From: an uncultured Chloroflexia bacterium
Lineage (GTDB): Bacteria; Chloroflexota; Limnocylindria; Limnocylindrales; CSP1-4
Direction: 5' to 3'
Assembly (NCBI GenBank): GCA_963713975.1
Contig: OY970218.1
Span: 3,104,001-3,168,000, forward strand
Length of the DNA stretch: 64,000 bases
Shown here: piece by piece, positions 20,040 to 28,445 of the stretch
How the letters are laid out: each line of letters starts with the position of its first letter
Position numbering within the stretch: position 1 is the first letter of the stretch
Made by a program: the position numbers and the translations under genes
The notes under the pieces: model-generated
What the model was told of the DNA's origin: nothing
Databases searched by the model: none
Seen by the model: only the letters and a program-made list of their open reading frames with translations

Positions 20040-20132
20040 CCGATGCACGACCAGAGGATCGGCCGTGGCGCTCATCACCGGCTTACGCCCGTGGACGTTG
20101 CCCGCCACCCGGGATCGACCGGTCGTTCCACG

Positions 20133-20864
20133 TCACCTGCTGACGGCGAGCGCCTCCGCGGCCAGCTGGTCGGCCTCGTCGGTGCCGGTAGCTCCACGGG
20201 GCCCGTCGCCCCGACCCTCGAACAGCGAGAGCTGGTCCCCGGCAAGCAGGACGCGGAGCGCCTGGAAGCTCCGCCGGTGGTGCGGCGTGAGGCCGTGGGC
20301 CCGGATGGCATCGCGATGCTCGCGGGTCGCGTACCCGGAGTTCCGCTCCCATCCGTACTCGGGGTAGCGGGCGGCGAGGCGGGTCATCATCCGGTCCCGC
20401 ACCGTCTTGGCCACGACCGATGCACACGCGATCGAGTAGACGAGCGCGTCACCGTCCACGATCGCGGTGTACGGCCCGACCTCGCGCTCGAACCCCCCGA
20501 TGCGCAGGCCGTCGACCAGGACGTGGTCGTGACCACCCAGCCGCGCGATCGCCCGGCGCATCGCCAAGTGCGTCGCATGGTAGATGTTGAGGCGGTCGAT
20601 GTCGGCCACCGACGCGGCGCCGACCCCGACGGCGATTGCGCGCCGCCAGATCACCGGCGACAGGCGCTCGCGCTGGGCCGCCGACAGCGTCTTGGAGTCA
20701 CGGACACCGGGGATGCGGTGGCAGTTGGGCGACATGATCACGGCGGCGGCCACGACCGCCCCGCAGGTCGGCGCCACGCCCACCTCGTCCACGCCCGCGA
20801 TCCGCGCGGCCCCGGCGCGCCACAGCGGGCGCTCCCAGCGAAGGGTCGGGACGATGACTGCCAT
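20133..20864 (-). CDS. rnhB: Ribonuclease HII
   Basis: AGVDEVG, VRDSKTLS, LVDG, GDALVYSIACASVVAK, HRRSF. Confidence 0.92.
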   Translation of the reverse strand: MAVIVPTLRWERPLWRAGAARIAGVDEVGVAPTCGAVVAAAVIMSPNCHRIPGVRDSKTLSAAQRERLSPVIWRRAIAVGVGAASVADIDRLNIYHATHLAMRRAIARLGGHDHVLVDGLRIGGFEREVGPYTAIVDGDALVYSIACASVVAKTVRDRMMTRLAARYPEYGWERNSGYATREHRDAIRAHGLTPHHRRSFQALRVLLAGDQLSLFEGRGDGPRGATGTDEADQLAAEALAVSR

Positions 20865-20911
20865 CGCCGGACAGGGTATCGCGCCGCCCTCCTGGTGGCA
20901 CACTGGGATAC

Positions 20912-21745
20912 GTGCAGCGCCCGTTCGCCCAAGTCGACGTGTTCACCACCGGGCCGGGTCTCGGCAATCCGCTCGCGGTTGTCCTCGACGGCACCGGTCT
21001 CACGTCCGCGGAGATGCGGCGGTTCGCCCGCTGGACCAACCTGTCCGAGACGACCTTCGTGCTGCCGCCGGACGACGATCGGGCAGACTACCGCGTCCGG
21101 ATCTTCACCCCGGACGATGAGCTGCCCTTTGCAGGCCATCCGACGCTGGGCACCTGCCACGCCTGGCTGGAGGCTGGCGGGATGCCGCGGTCGTCCGAGA
21201 CGGTCGTGCAGGCGTGCGGCGCGGGGCTCGTGAGGGTGCGCAGTGACCGGGACGGCAACCTTTCCTTCGCCGCACCGCCCATCGTCAGGTCCGGGCCCGT
21301 GGACGAGCCCCTGGTCGAGAGGATCGTCGCGTCGGTGGGACTCTCACGGTCCGACGTCGTCGACGCCCAATGGGTCGACAACGGGCCGGGCTGGGTGGCG
21401 GTCCTGCTGCGCGATGCACAGGCGGTCATGGACGTGACGCCGGGCGACGTCTTCCTGGACCTCGGCCTGCTCGGCCTCCACGCGCCGGGGTCGGAGGTCG
21501 CGCTCGAGGTACGCGCCCTGTACCCGCAGAACGGCTACGTCGTCGAGGACCCCGTGACCGGCAGCCTCAACGCATCGGCGGCGCAGTGGCTGATCGCGAC
21601 CGGACGGTTGGCAGCTCCATACACCGCCGCCCAGGGCGGCGCCATCGGGCGGGCAGGCCGGGTGAGGATCACCCAGGACCCGGATGGCACGGTGTGGACC
21701 GGCGGGCGGTCGGTCACCGTGGTCCGAGGCGTCGTCGAACTCTGA
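20912..21745 (+). CDS. PhzF family isomerase/epimerase
   Basis: QVDVF, GNPLAVV, NLSETTF, ELPFAGHPTL, EDPVTGS. Confidence 0.92.
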   Translation: MQRPFAQVDVFTTGPGLGNPLAVVLDGTGLTSAEMRRFARWTNLSETTFVLPPDDDRADYRVRIFTPDDELPFAGHPTLGTCHAWLEAGGMPRSSETVVQACGAGLVRVRSDRDGNLSFAAPPIVRSGPVDEPLVERIVASVGLSRSDVVDAQWVDNGPGWVAVLLRDAQAVMDVTPGDVFLDLGLLGLHAPGSEVALEVRALYPQNGYVVEDPVTGSLNASAAQWLIATGRLAAPYTAAQGGAIGRAGRVRITQDPDGTVWTGGRSVTVVRGVVEL

Positions 21746-21772
21746 CGACACCCCGACACCACCGGCGTCCGG

Positions 21773-22306
21773 TCAGCCGGGATGGGCGGTCCGGTACTCC
21801 TCGATCGCCTGCTCGAAGGTGTGATCCGAGGTGATGTCGAGGTGCACGACGGGCTGCGCAGCATGGAACTCGGTCGTGACCGCCACGAAGTCGGTCCACG
21901 CATCCACGCCCTGCGGGTCGAGCGCGACCACGAGTCCGCTGCGGCCGGCCCGCATCGCGTCGGTCACCGCCTCCAGGTCCTTGTGCTGCATCCCGCTGTC
22001 GCGCAGGGCCACGACAGCCCCGATCCCGGCGCCGATCACCACGGCGCCTAGCCCCACCGGCCCAGCCGCCACGAGGAGCATGCCAATCGCGCCGCCGACC
22101 AGGCCCCCACGGGTGCTGCCGGGGTCGACGCCCTTATCGCCCTCGATCCTGACCTTGCCCTCGCTGTCCTTGGTCGCGAGCGCCCAGTCGAGGACCCGGA
22201 TCACCTTGGCCGAGTCCGCCTCCTGAACCAGGCTGAGGACGTTGCGCGCGATCATCTCCTCCGAGAAGCCCATCAGGACGAGGTGGGCGGCTTTCAGCTC
22301 AGACAC
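21773..22306 (-). CDS. DUF1269-like membrane protein with glycine zipper
   Basis: KDSEGKVRI followed by GGLVGGAIGMLLVAAGPVGLGAVVIGAGIGA; AGGAGG SD. Confidence 0.7.
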   Translation of the reverse strand: MSELKAAHLVLMGFSEEMIARNVLSLVQEADSAKVIRVLDWALATKDSEGKVRIEGDKGVDPGSTRGGLVGGAIGMLLVAAGPVGLGAVVIGAGIGAVVALRDSGMQHKDLEAVTDAMRAGRSGLVVALDPQGVDAWTDFVAVTTEFHAAQPVVHLDITSDHTFEQAIEEYRTAHPG

Positions 22307-22375
22307 GGGGTCGATGCCTCCTGGGGGCGGGCCGGGCGCCGCCTGCGAGCACAGGCTACATCGCCAGCGGCCCGG

Positions 22376-22408
22376 ACACGAAACGACCCCCGTACGGGAC
22401 GGGGGTCG
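22376..22408 (-). terminator. Intrinsic terminator after rplS
   Basis: 10-bp stem CGACCCCCGT/ACGGGGGTCG followed by TTTCGTGT on the minus strand. Confidence 0.8.
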
Positions 22409-22452
22409 GACGAGATTGCAGCCGCGGACCGATGGGTCCGGGCGGACGCGGG

Positions 22453-22797
22453 CTAGCGGCGCTCGCGGAGCGTGGTCGCGGCCTTGCCGACGCGGTTGCG
22501 AAGGAAGTACAGCTTGGCCCGGCGGACCTGGCCGTGACGGACGACCTCGATCCTCTCGATGCGCGGGCTGTGGAGCTTGAAGGTGCGCTCGACGCCGACG
22601 CCGGACGCGATGCGGCGGACCGTCATGGCCGACGCGATCCCGCTGTTGCGCATCCGCATGACGAGGCCTTCGAAGACCTGGATGCGCTCGCGATTGCCTT
22701 CGACGACCTTCGCCGACACCTTCACGGTGTCGCCGGGGGTGATCACCGGCAGGTCTGTCCGCAGCTGGTCCTGGACGATCTCGTTGAGCACGTTCAC
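22453..22797 (-). CDS. rplS: 50S ribosomal protein L19
   Basis: [33 protein letters not shown]. Confidence 0.97.
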   Translation of the reverse strand: MNVLNEIVQDQLRTDLPVITPGDTVKVSAKVVEGNRERIQVFEGLVMRMRNSGIASAMTVRRIASGVGVERTFKLHSPRIERIEVVRHGQVRRAKLYFLRNRVGKAATTLRERR

Positions 22798-22890
22798 GGT
22801 AGGAGGATCCTTGTTCGGTCGTCGGCAGCCGCGGCTGCAGGGGTCACGGGTTCCGGGGCGGCGGGCCACTGCGGGCGCGGCCGACGGCGG

Positions 22891-22899
22891 AGGATAGCA
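22891..22899 (-). promoter_or_regulatory. Extended -10 (TGcTATCCT), internal promoter for rplS
   Basis: Motif in the trmD-rplS spacer. Confidence 0.55.
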
Positions 22900-22915
22900 C
22901 GACGGCGCCCCCGTG

Positions 22916-23698
22916 TCAGGCCTCGGTACCCCCGCCAGGTGCGTCCCCGACCCCGCCGGCGTCGGGATCGGCCCGCAGCTCCGCCCTCAGGTCGGCCAGC
23001 ATCGATGCCTCCTCCCGGGTCTGGGTACGACCGGCCAGCAGGTCCGGCCTGCGGACGAGGGTCCGGCGGAGGGACTCCCGCAGCCGCCACTTGCGCACCT
23101 GCTCGTGGTGGCCCGACACGAGCACCGGCGGCACCGATACCTCCTCGAATGTGGCGGGTCGCGTGTACTGCGGGTATTCGAGCAGACCCGCGGCGAAGGA
23201 CTCCTCGTTCGTGGAAGCCTCGTCGATCGCCCCGGGCAGAAGACGCAGGACCGCGTCGAGGACGACCAGGGCCGCGAGCTCGCCGCCGGTCAGCACGAAG
23301 TCGCCGATCGAGATCTCCAGGTCCACCATCGAGCGGATGCGCTCGTCCACCCCTTCGTAGCGCGGACACAGGAACACCAGGTGAGGACGCTCGGCGAGCG
23401 TGTGGGCAACCGGCTGGCGGAACACCTCGCCGGCCGGGTCGAGCAGGATCACGGTGGAATCGGGGCGCCGGAGCTCGGTCAGCGCGGCCGCCACGACCTC
23501 CGGCCGCAGGACCATGCCCGCGCCGCCGCCGTAGGTGTAGTCGTCCACGGTCCGGTGACGGCCCAGGCCCCAGTGACGGAGATCGTGGACCCGGACCACG
23601 GCGAGCCCGCGCTCCTGGATGCGGGCCGGGATGCTCGCCCCGAGGGGGCCCTCCACCATGGGCGGGAAGAGGGTCAGGATGTCGACCTCGAGGGCCAT
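22916..23698 (-). CDS. trmD: tRNA (m1G37) methyltransferase
   Basis: [42 protein letters not shown]. Confidence 0.97.
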   Translation of the reverse strand: MALEVDILTLFPPMVEGPLGASIPARIQERGLAVVRVHDLRHWGLGRHRTVDDYTYGGGAGMVLRPEVVAAALTELRRPDSTVILLDPAGEVFRQPVAHTLAERPHLVFLCPRYEGVDERIRSMVDLEISIGDFVLTGGELAALVVLDAVLRLLPGAIDEASTNEESFAAGLLEYPQYTRPATFEEVSVPPVLVSGHHEQVRKWRLRESLRRTLVRRPDLLAGRTQTREEASMLADLRAELRADPDAGGVGDAPGGGTEA

Positions 23699-24423
23699 CA
23701 GGCGCCCGGGGCGCCCGGGTCCGAGGCGACTGGCTTGCGGACCGGTCCGGTCCCCGGCTTCGGCTGAGCAGGTCCCTTGGGCTTGGCCTGCTTCCTCGGG
23801 CGCCGGTCTCGGGGCCGAACGTAGTCCTCGTCGTCCACCGGTCGCGCATCCATGTCCAGCGCGTCCAGGTCGACGATCATCTCGCCCCTGTCCGGCGCGA
23901 GCTCGGCCACGATCCCGCGCACGCCCGGCACGTCGAGCTCACCGCGGGGGCCGCGCACCACGAAGACCTCGGCGCCGCCGGCCCGGTAGATCTCCACGAC
24001 GGAGCCCAGCTCCTCGCCGGTCGTCGAGCGCACGGCGAGACCCTCAAGCTCGTGGAAGAGCCAGCGTCCGGGCTCCCGCTCCTCGACGGGTGCATCGATC
24101 TCGAGGTAGCGGTCACGCAGCGTCTCCGCCGCGGCGCGATCGGGTGTCTCCGCGAAGCGCAGCCACCAGCCCGGGCCATCCGCGACCGGCGAGGCCTCCG
24201 CGATAGTCAGTCCCGTGCTCGTGCCCTCGAGGTAGAGCGTCGCGCCGACCGTGAACCTTTCCTCCGGACGGTCCGTGAGGAGCTCAACGCGGGTATGGCC
24301 GCGCAGTCCACGGAACCCGCGAACCAGGGCGACCACGAGCCGCGCCGGGGTGGCGCCTGGCGCGGCAGTGTCGTGGTCGCCGGGCGCCGGTGTGGCGTCG
24401 TCGGCGGAGGGAGTGGGCGCCAG
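23698..24423 (-). CDS. rimM: 16S rRNA processing protein RimM; probable CTG start at 24423
   Basis: RLVVALVRGFRGLRG, DRAAAETLRD, ELEGLAV...GEELG PRC barrel; lies between khpA and trmD; start uncertain (first GTG is 24336). Confidence 0.88.
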   Translation of the reverse strand: MAPTPSADDATPAPGDHDTAAPGATPARLVVALVRGFRGLRGHTRVELLTDRPEERFTVGATLYLEGTSTGLTIAEASPVADGPGWWLRFAETPDRAAAETLRDRYLEIDAPVEEREPGRWLFHELEGLAVRSTTGEELGSVVEIYRAGGAEVFVVRGPRGELDVPGVRGIVAELAPDRGEMIVDLDALDMDARPVDDEDYVRPRDRRPRKQAKPKGPAQPKPGTGPVRKPVASDPGAPGA

Positions 24424-24433
24424 GACCGGCTCC

Positions 24434-24667
24434 CTAGACGATCTCGAGGCTGACCGGCTCGCCCGACCGGGCGGACGTCACCTTGAGCAGGGTTCGGAGG
24501 GCCTTGGCGACGCTGCCGTTGCGCCCGATGACCTTGCCCATGTCGGCCTCGGCCACGTGGAGCTCGATGACCATGCCGTCCTCGCCGTTGACGACGTCGA
24601 CGGTCACGGACTCGGGATCATCCACGAGGGACTTGGCCACGTATTCGACGAGCTCTGCTGCTGCCAT
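24434..24667 (-). CDS. khpA: KH-domain RNA-binding protein KhpA (YlqC)
   Basis: LVEYVAKSLVDDP, DMGKVIGRNG. Confidence 0.93.
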   Translation of the reverse strand: MAAAELVEYVAKSLVDDPESVTVDVVNGEDGMVIELHVAEADMGKVIGRNGSVAKALRTLLKVTSARSGEPVSLEIV

Positions 24668-24674
24668 CCCGGGC

Positions 24675-24929
24675 CTACTTGGCGGCCGGCAGCACGCCGG
24701 CCTGCCTGAAGAGGCGGCGGACGGTATCCGAGGGCTGGGCGCCCTTGGACATCCAGTCCTTGGCCTTGGCTTCGTCGACCACGAGCTCGACCGGGTCGGT
24801 ACGCGGGTTGTAGTGCCCGATCGTGTCGATGGCTCGGCCGTCGCGGGCGGAGCGGCTGTCGGCAACGACCAGCCGGTAGCTCGGCTGCTTGGTCGCCCCG
24901 ACACGGGTCAGGCGGATTCGGACGGACAT
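24675..24929 (-). CDS. rpsP: 30S ribosomal protein S16
   Basis: [33 protein letters not shown]. Confidence 0.97.
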   Translation of the reverse strand: MSVRIRLTRVGATKQPSYRLVVADSRSARDGRAIDTIGHYNPRTDPVELVVDEAKAKDWMSKGAQPSDTVRRLFRQAGVLPAAK

Positions 24930-25010
24930 CTGGTTTCGGTGCTCCTCCATGGGCGGGTCCTTGGGCCGGACCCGCGAACGCTGGGCTGGGTGGATGTGGT
25001 GGCGGCGCGG

Positions 25011-26936
25011 TCAGCTCCCGACCACGCTGATGATGACGGTTCCGCTGTCGATGGTCTCACCGGGGACCGTGGTCCCGATGATGCTGTCGAATGCGGCGAG
25101 GTAGGGCTTGGCATTGGCGTCGTAGTCCGACCGGGCGTCAGCGGGGACCATACCCTCGATGAAGCCGCGGATCCCGGCCACGTCGACCCAGAACATCGCG
25201 GAGTTGCTCTTGCCGGCCTTGTCCAGCGCGGTCGAGAACCGCTCGGTCGTCGCGAGCGACGCGCCGGTGCTGGCGTCCAGGACCCCCTTGACGAAGTCCG
25301 TGCCGTAGCCGATCACGACCACGTCGTCGGTGACCGCGTAGGCGATCGACAGGTCGGCGGGCACCGGCGCGTCGAACATGGACACGTCGCCTGCCAGGCC
25401 ACCCAGGCCGATGACGGTGATGGTGGTCCCGGCGTACGGTTCCTCGGTGACGGTGATGCCGGCCTGGGCGCCTCCGAGCTGGAGCAGCGCCTTGAGCTGG
25501 CCCAGGAGCTTGTCAGCGGCGGCTGCGTCGGTGGGGACGATCACGACGCCGCCGCCCACCTTGTCACCATCCACCGTGAGGGCAATGCCGGCCTCACCGA
25601 TCCAGCCGGTGGCAGCATCGAAGCCGCCCACGAGCGCGAGGGCGTCGTCAACCTGCTTCACCGCGTCGCCCAGCGAGGGGTCGGCAGCCAACTGGTCCTT
25701 CACCTGCTTGATGGTCTTGCCGACGTCGTGACCCTCGGCGAGGAACACGGTGGTCGGCGGCACGAGGCTCGGGATCTTGGACACGGCGTTCTGCGGCGCA
25801 CCCGCCGACTCGACGTGCGGGGACCGGGTGTCGACGACGAATGCGCCATCGCGCACGCTGATCGACGCTGCGGCCCACGGCGCCACGAAGTCCTGGACCA
25901 TCGCCGGCAGCTCCGGCAGCGCCTCGGCGGCGGGTCCTGCGAGGTTCGTGGCTCCCTTGACGATGGCGGCGGTGTCGACGTAGGCGAAGCCGAGGCGGTC
26001 GCCCGTGAGCGATGCTTCGGCGTCCTGGAACTGATTGTCCGTGGGCAGGCCCGTCTTCCCGCCGGTGTCGATGGCGGCCTTGACCGATGCCAGGTCGCCG
26101 ATCGCGAGGACGGGTCCGGTGACGGCGTACGCCCCGTGGGCGTCGGCGGCCATGCCGCTCGAGCCCGCCGGCGGGCTCACCGTCGTGATCGTCACGCCGT
26201 TGTAGGTCTTGGTGGCGGTGGTGCCACCCTCGCTCGCCACGAGGCCGTCCGCCCAGGCCGATGCCTTGGTGGCGTCCGTGACGCTGAGCAGGACCAGTGC
26301 GCGGGCTCCCGCGGCATCCGCGGTCGCCGGCAGCGGCCCGACGCTCGCCCCGACCTGGCCCCCGAACCATGGCTCGATGTCGGTCTTGTAGCTCTGGCTG
26401 CCGTCGGTCGCCTGCCCGACCAGCTGGTCCAGGGCTTCGGACAGCTTGACTGGGAACGCAGCCTGGTCCTCGAAGCCCGGGATGGCCTTCATGACCTTGG
26501 CCAGCTCCGCGCCCTGGCTCCCCGGGAGGTCCAGGCGGAACTCGGCGTAGGCGACGCTGTCGGCAGGCGTCCAGGCGAGGACGGATGGGTCGCCGGAGTC
26601 GCTGGTGAGCAGGCTGGCCGCGCCCACCGCCGCAAAGACGACGAGGAGCGAGATCACACCCGCCACGACCCACTTCAGCCGGCTGCGACCCGGACGGGCC
26701 GCCTTGGGTGCAGCAGCGACGGGGCTGGTCGCAACGGTGTCGGGCGCGGCCTCGGCCGGCGCGAACTGTGGCGCCGCCGCGGGCGGCAGCGGGACCGCGG
26801 GCGGCGCATCGGCAGCTGTGGGCGGCGCATCAGCCGCCGCGGGCGGCGCGGACTGCGCCGGGGCCGCGGGCGGCCCGGCCGGCGCGGACTCTGGCTCTGG
26901 AGCCCGGTAGACCTGAGTCGGATCCTGGTCAGTCAT
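25011..26936 (-). CDS. DUF3352-like membrane-anchored extracellular protein
   Basis: Pro/Ala-rich N-terminus, one TM helix, PADSVAYA, DIEPWFG, TYNGVTI and second-half PYAGTTI repeat; family call from memory. Confidence 0.65.
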   Translation of the reverse strand: MTDQDPTQVYRAPEPESAPAGPPAAPAQSAPPAAADAPPTAADAPPAVPLPPAAAPQFAPAEAAPDTVATSPVAAAPKAARPGRSRLKWVVAGVISLLVVFAAVGAASLLTSDSGDPSVLAWTPADSVAYAEFRLDLPGSQGAELAKVMKAIPGFEDQAAFPVKLSEALDQLVGQATDGSQSYKTDIEPWFGGQVGASVGPLPATADAAGARALVLLSVTDATKASAWADGLVASEGGTTATKTYNGVTITTVSPPAGSSGMAADAHGAYAVTGPVLAIGDLASVKAAIDTGGKTGLPTDNQFQDAEASLTGDRLGFAYVDTAAIVKGATNLAGPAAEALPELPAMVQDFVAPWAAASISVRDGAFVVDTRSPHVESAGAPQNAVSKIPSLVPPTTVFLAEGHDVGKTIKQVKDQLAADPSLGDAVKQVDDALALVGGFDAATGWIGEAGIALTVDGDKVGGGVVIVPTDAAAADKLLGQLKALLQLGGAQAGITVTEEPYAGTTITVIGLGGLAGDVSMFDAPVPADLSIAYAVTDDVVVIGYGTDFVKGVLDASTGASLATTERFSTALDKAGKSNSAMFWVDVAGIRGFIEGMVPADARSDYDANAKPYLAAFDSIIGTTVPGETIDSGTVIISVVGS

Positions 26937-26954
26937 GGTTCCTCGTTCCCCCGC

Positions 26955-28289
26955 CTAACGGCGTCCGAGAAGCTGGCCCATCGCGGCACGGCGTCCGCCT
27001 GCACCCGACAGCTGCTTCATGAGCTTCTGCATCTCGCTGAACTGTTTCACGAGGCGGTTGACCTCCGGAAGGGAGGTCCCCGACCCGGTTGCGATCCGGC
27101 GGCGCCGCGAGGCATTGAGAACCCCGGGCTCCCGACGCTCGCGCGGTGTCATGGACAGGATGATCGCCTCGACCCGCTTGAGATCCCCACGGTCCACGGC
27201 GGCCTGCGCCTCATTGGCCATCCCGCCCATGCCGGGGATCATCCCCATCAACTGGCCCATCGGGCCCATCTTCTGCATCTGGCGCATGGATCCCAGCATG
27301 TCCTCGAGGGTGAAGGCACCCTTCCGGACCTGCTCCTCGAGCTTCGCGGCCTCCTTCTCGTCGAAGGCCTCCTGGGCACGCTCGACCAGGGTCAGCACGT
27401 CACCCATGCCGAGGATGCGCCCCGCCAGCCGGTCCGGGTGGAAGACCTCCAGCGCGTCCGTCTTCTCGCCGGTGCCCAGGAACTTGACCGGGATCCCGGT
27501 GACGGCGCCAATCGAGAGGGCCGCGCCGCCGCGGGCGTCCCCGTCGATCTTGGTCAGGACGAGGCCCGTGACCGGCACCGCGCCCGCGAACCCCTGGGCG
27601 ACCGTGACGGCCTCCTGGCCAGTCATCGCGTCGACCACGAGCAGCGTCTCGACCGGCCTGGTGGCCGCTGCGACGGCGCGGATCTCGTCCATCAGGGCGT
27701 CGTCGATGGTCAGGCGCCCGGCGGTGTCGATGATCACGGTGTCCCGGCCGATCCGCTTCGCGTGCTCGATGCCACCGCGGGCGATGTCGATGGTCGGGGT
27801 GCCGACGGGCGCGCGATAGACCGCGACGCCGATGCTCTTGCCAAGCGTCTCGAGCTGGTCTGCGGCGGCAGGTCGATAGGGATCGGCGGCGACCAGCAGC
27901 GGCTGCCGGCCGAGCTTGATGATGTGCTTGGCAAGCTTGGCGGCCGAGGTGGTCTTGCCCGAGCCCTGCAGGCCGACGAGCGCGATCACGGCGGGATTGC
28001 CGACCAGCTTGAAGTTGCGGTCCCCCGTCGAGAGCAGCGCCGTGAGCTCCTCGTGGACGATCTTCACGACCTGCTGCCCGGCCGTCAGGCTCTCGAGCAC
28101 CTCGGCCCCGATGGCGCGCTCACGGACGCGGGCCACGAACTCCTTGACGACCTTGAAGTTGACGTCTGCTTCGAGGAGGGCGAGGCGGACCTCACGCATG
28201 GCCGCGTCCACGTCCGCCTCGGACACGCGACCACGACCGGTCAACCCGGCGAGGGTCTTGCGGAGGCGGTCACTGAGGCTGTCGAACAT
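26955..28289 (-). CDS. ffh: Signal recognition particle protein Ffh
   Basis: ALLEADV, GLQGSGKTT, DTAGR, TKIDGDARGG, SMTPRER, SRRRRIATGSG. Confidence 0.98.
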   Translation of the reverse strand: MFDSLSDRLRKTLAGLTGRGRVSEADVDAAMREVRLALLEADVNFKVVKEFVARVRERAIGAEVLESLTAGQQVVKIVHEELTALLSTGDRNFKLVGNPAVIALVGLQGSGKTTSAAKLAKHIIKLGRQPLLVAADPYRPAAADQLETLGKSIGVAVYRAPVGTPTIDIARGGIEHAKRIGRDTVIIDTAGRLTIDDALMDEIRAVAAATRPVETLLVVDAMTGQEAVTVAQGFAGAVPVTGLVLTKIDGDARGGAALSIGAVTGIPVKFLGTGEKTDALEVFHPDRLAGRILGMGDVLTLVERAQEAFDEKEAAKLEEQVRKGAFTLEDMLGSMRQMQKMGPMGQLMGMIPGMGGMANEAQAAVDRGDLKRVEAIILSMTPRERREPGVLNASRRRRIATGSGTSLPEVNRLVKQFSEMQKLMKQLSGAGGRRAAMGQLLGRR

Positions 28290-28294
28290 GCGAA

Positions 28295-28390
28295 GACGGC
28301 GACCCTTGGCTGTCGGTGAGGATCAGGCCGCACGGCGGAGGCCGGCGGATGGTGCGCGGGTTCTGGCGACACCGAGGCGTCCGGAGTGTA
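28295..28390 (-). promoter_or_regulatory. ffh promoter (-10 TACACT, 28385-28390) and structured ffh leader RNA
   Basis: TCGGTG/CACCGA and TGTCG/CGACA complementarity; TGTCGCCAG...CCGACAGCCAAGG resembles the described ffh leader as I recall it. Confidence 0.55.
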
Positions 28391-28445
28391 CGTCATGCAC
28401 TGTGCCAGTGCCCCCGCCGAAGGTCCCGGGCGGTACCCTCCCGCG

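Noticed and set aside
24483-28319. 1278-aa plus-strand ORF, and many other long overlapping ORFs (e.g. 40216-42882, 56080-58611, 6738-8972)
   Set aside because: Antisense or shadow frames of clear housekeeping genes; expected from high GC3 and stop-codon scarcity; no recognisable motifs
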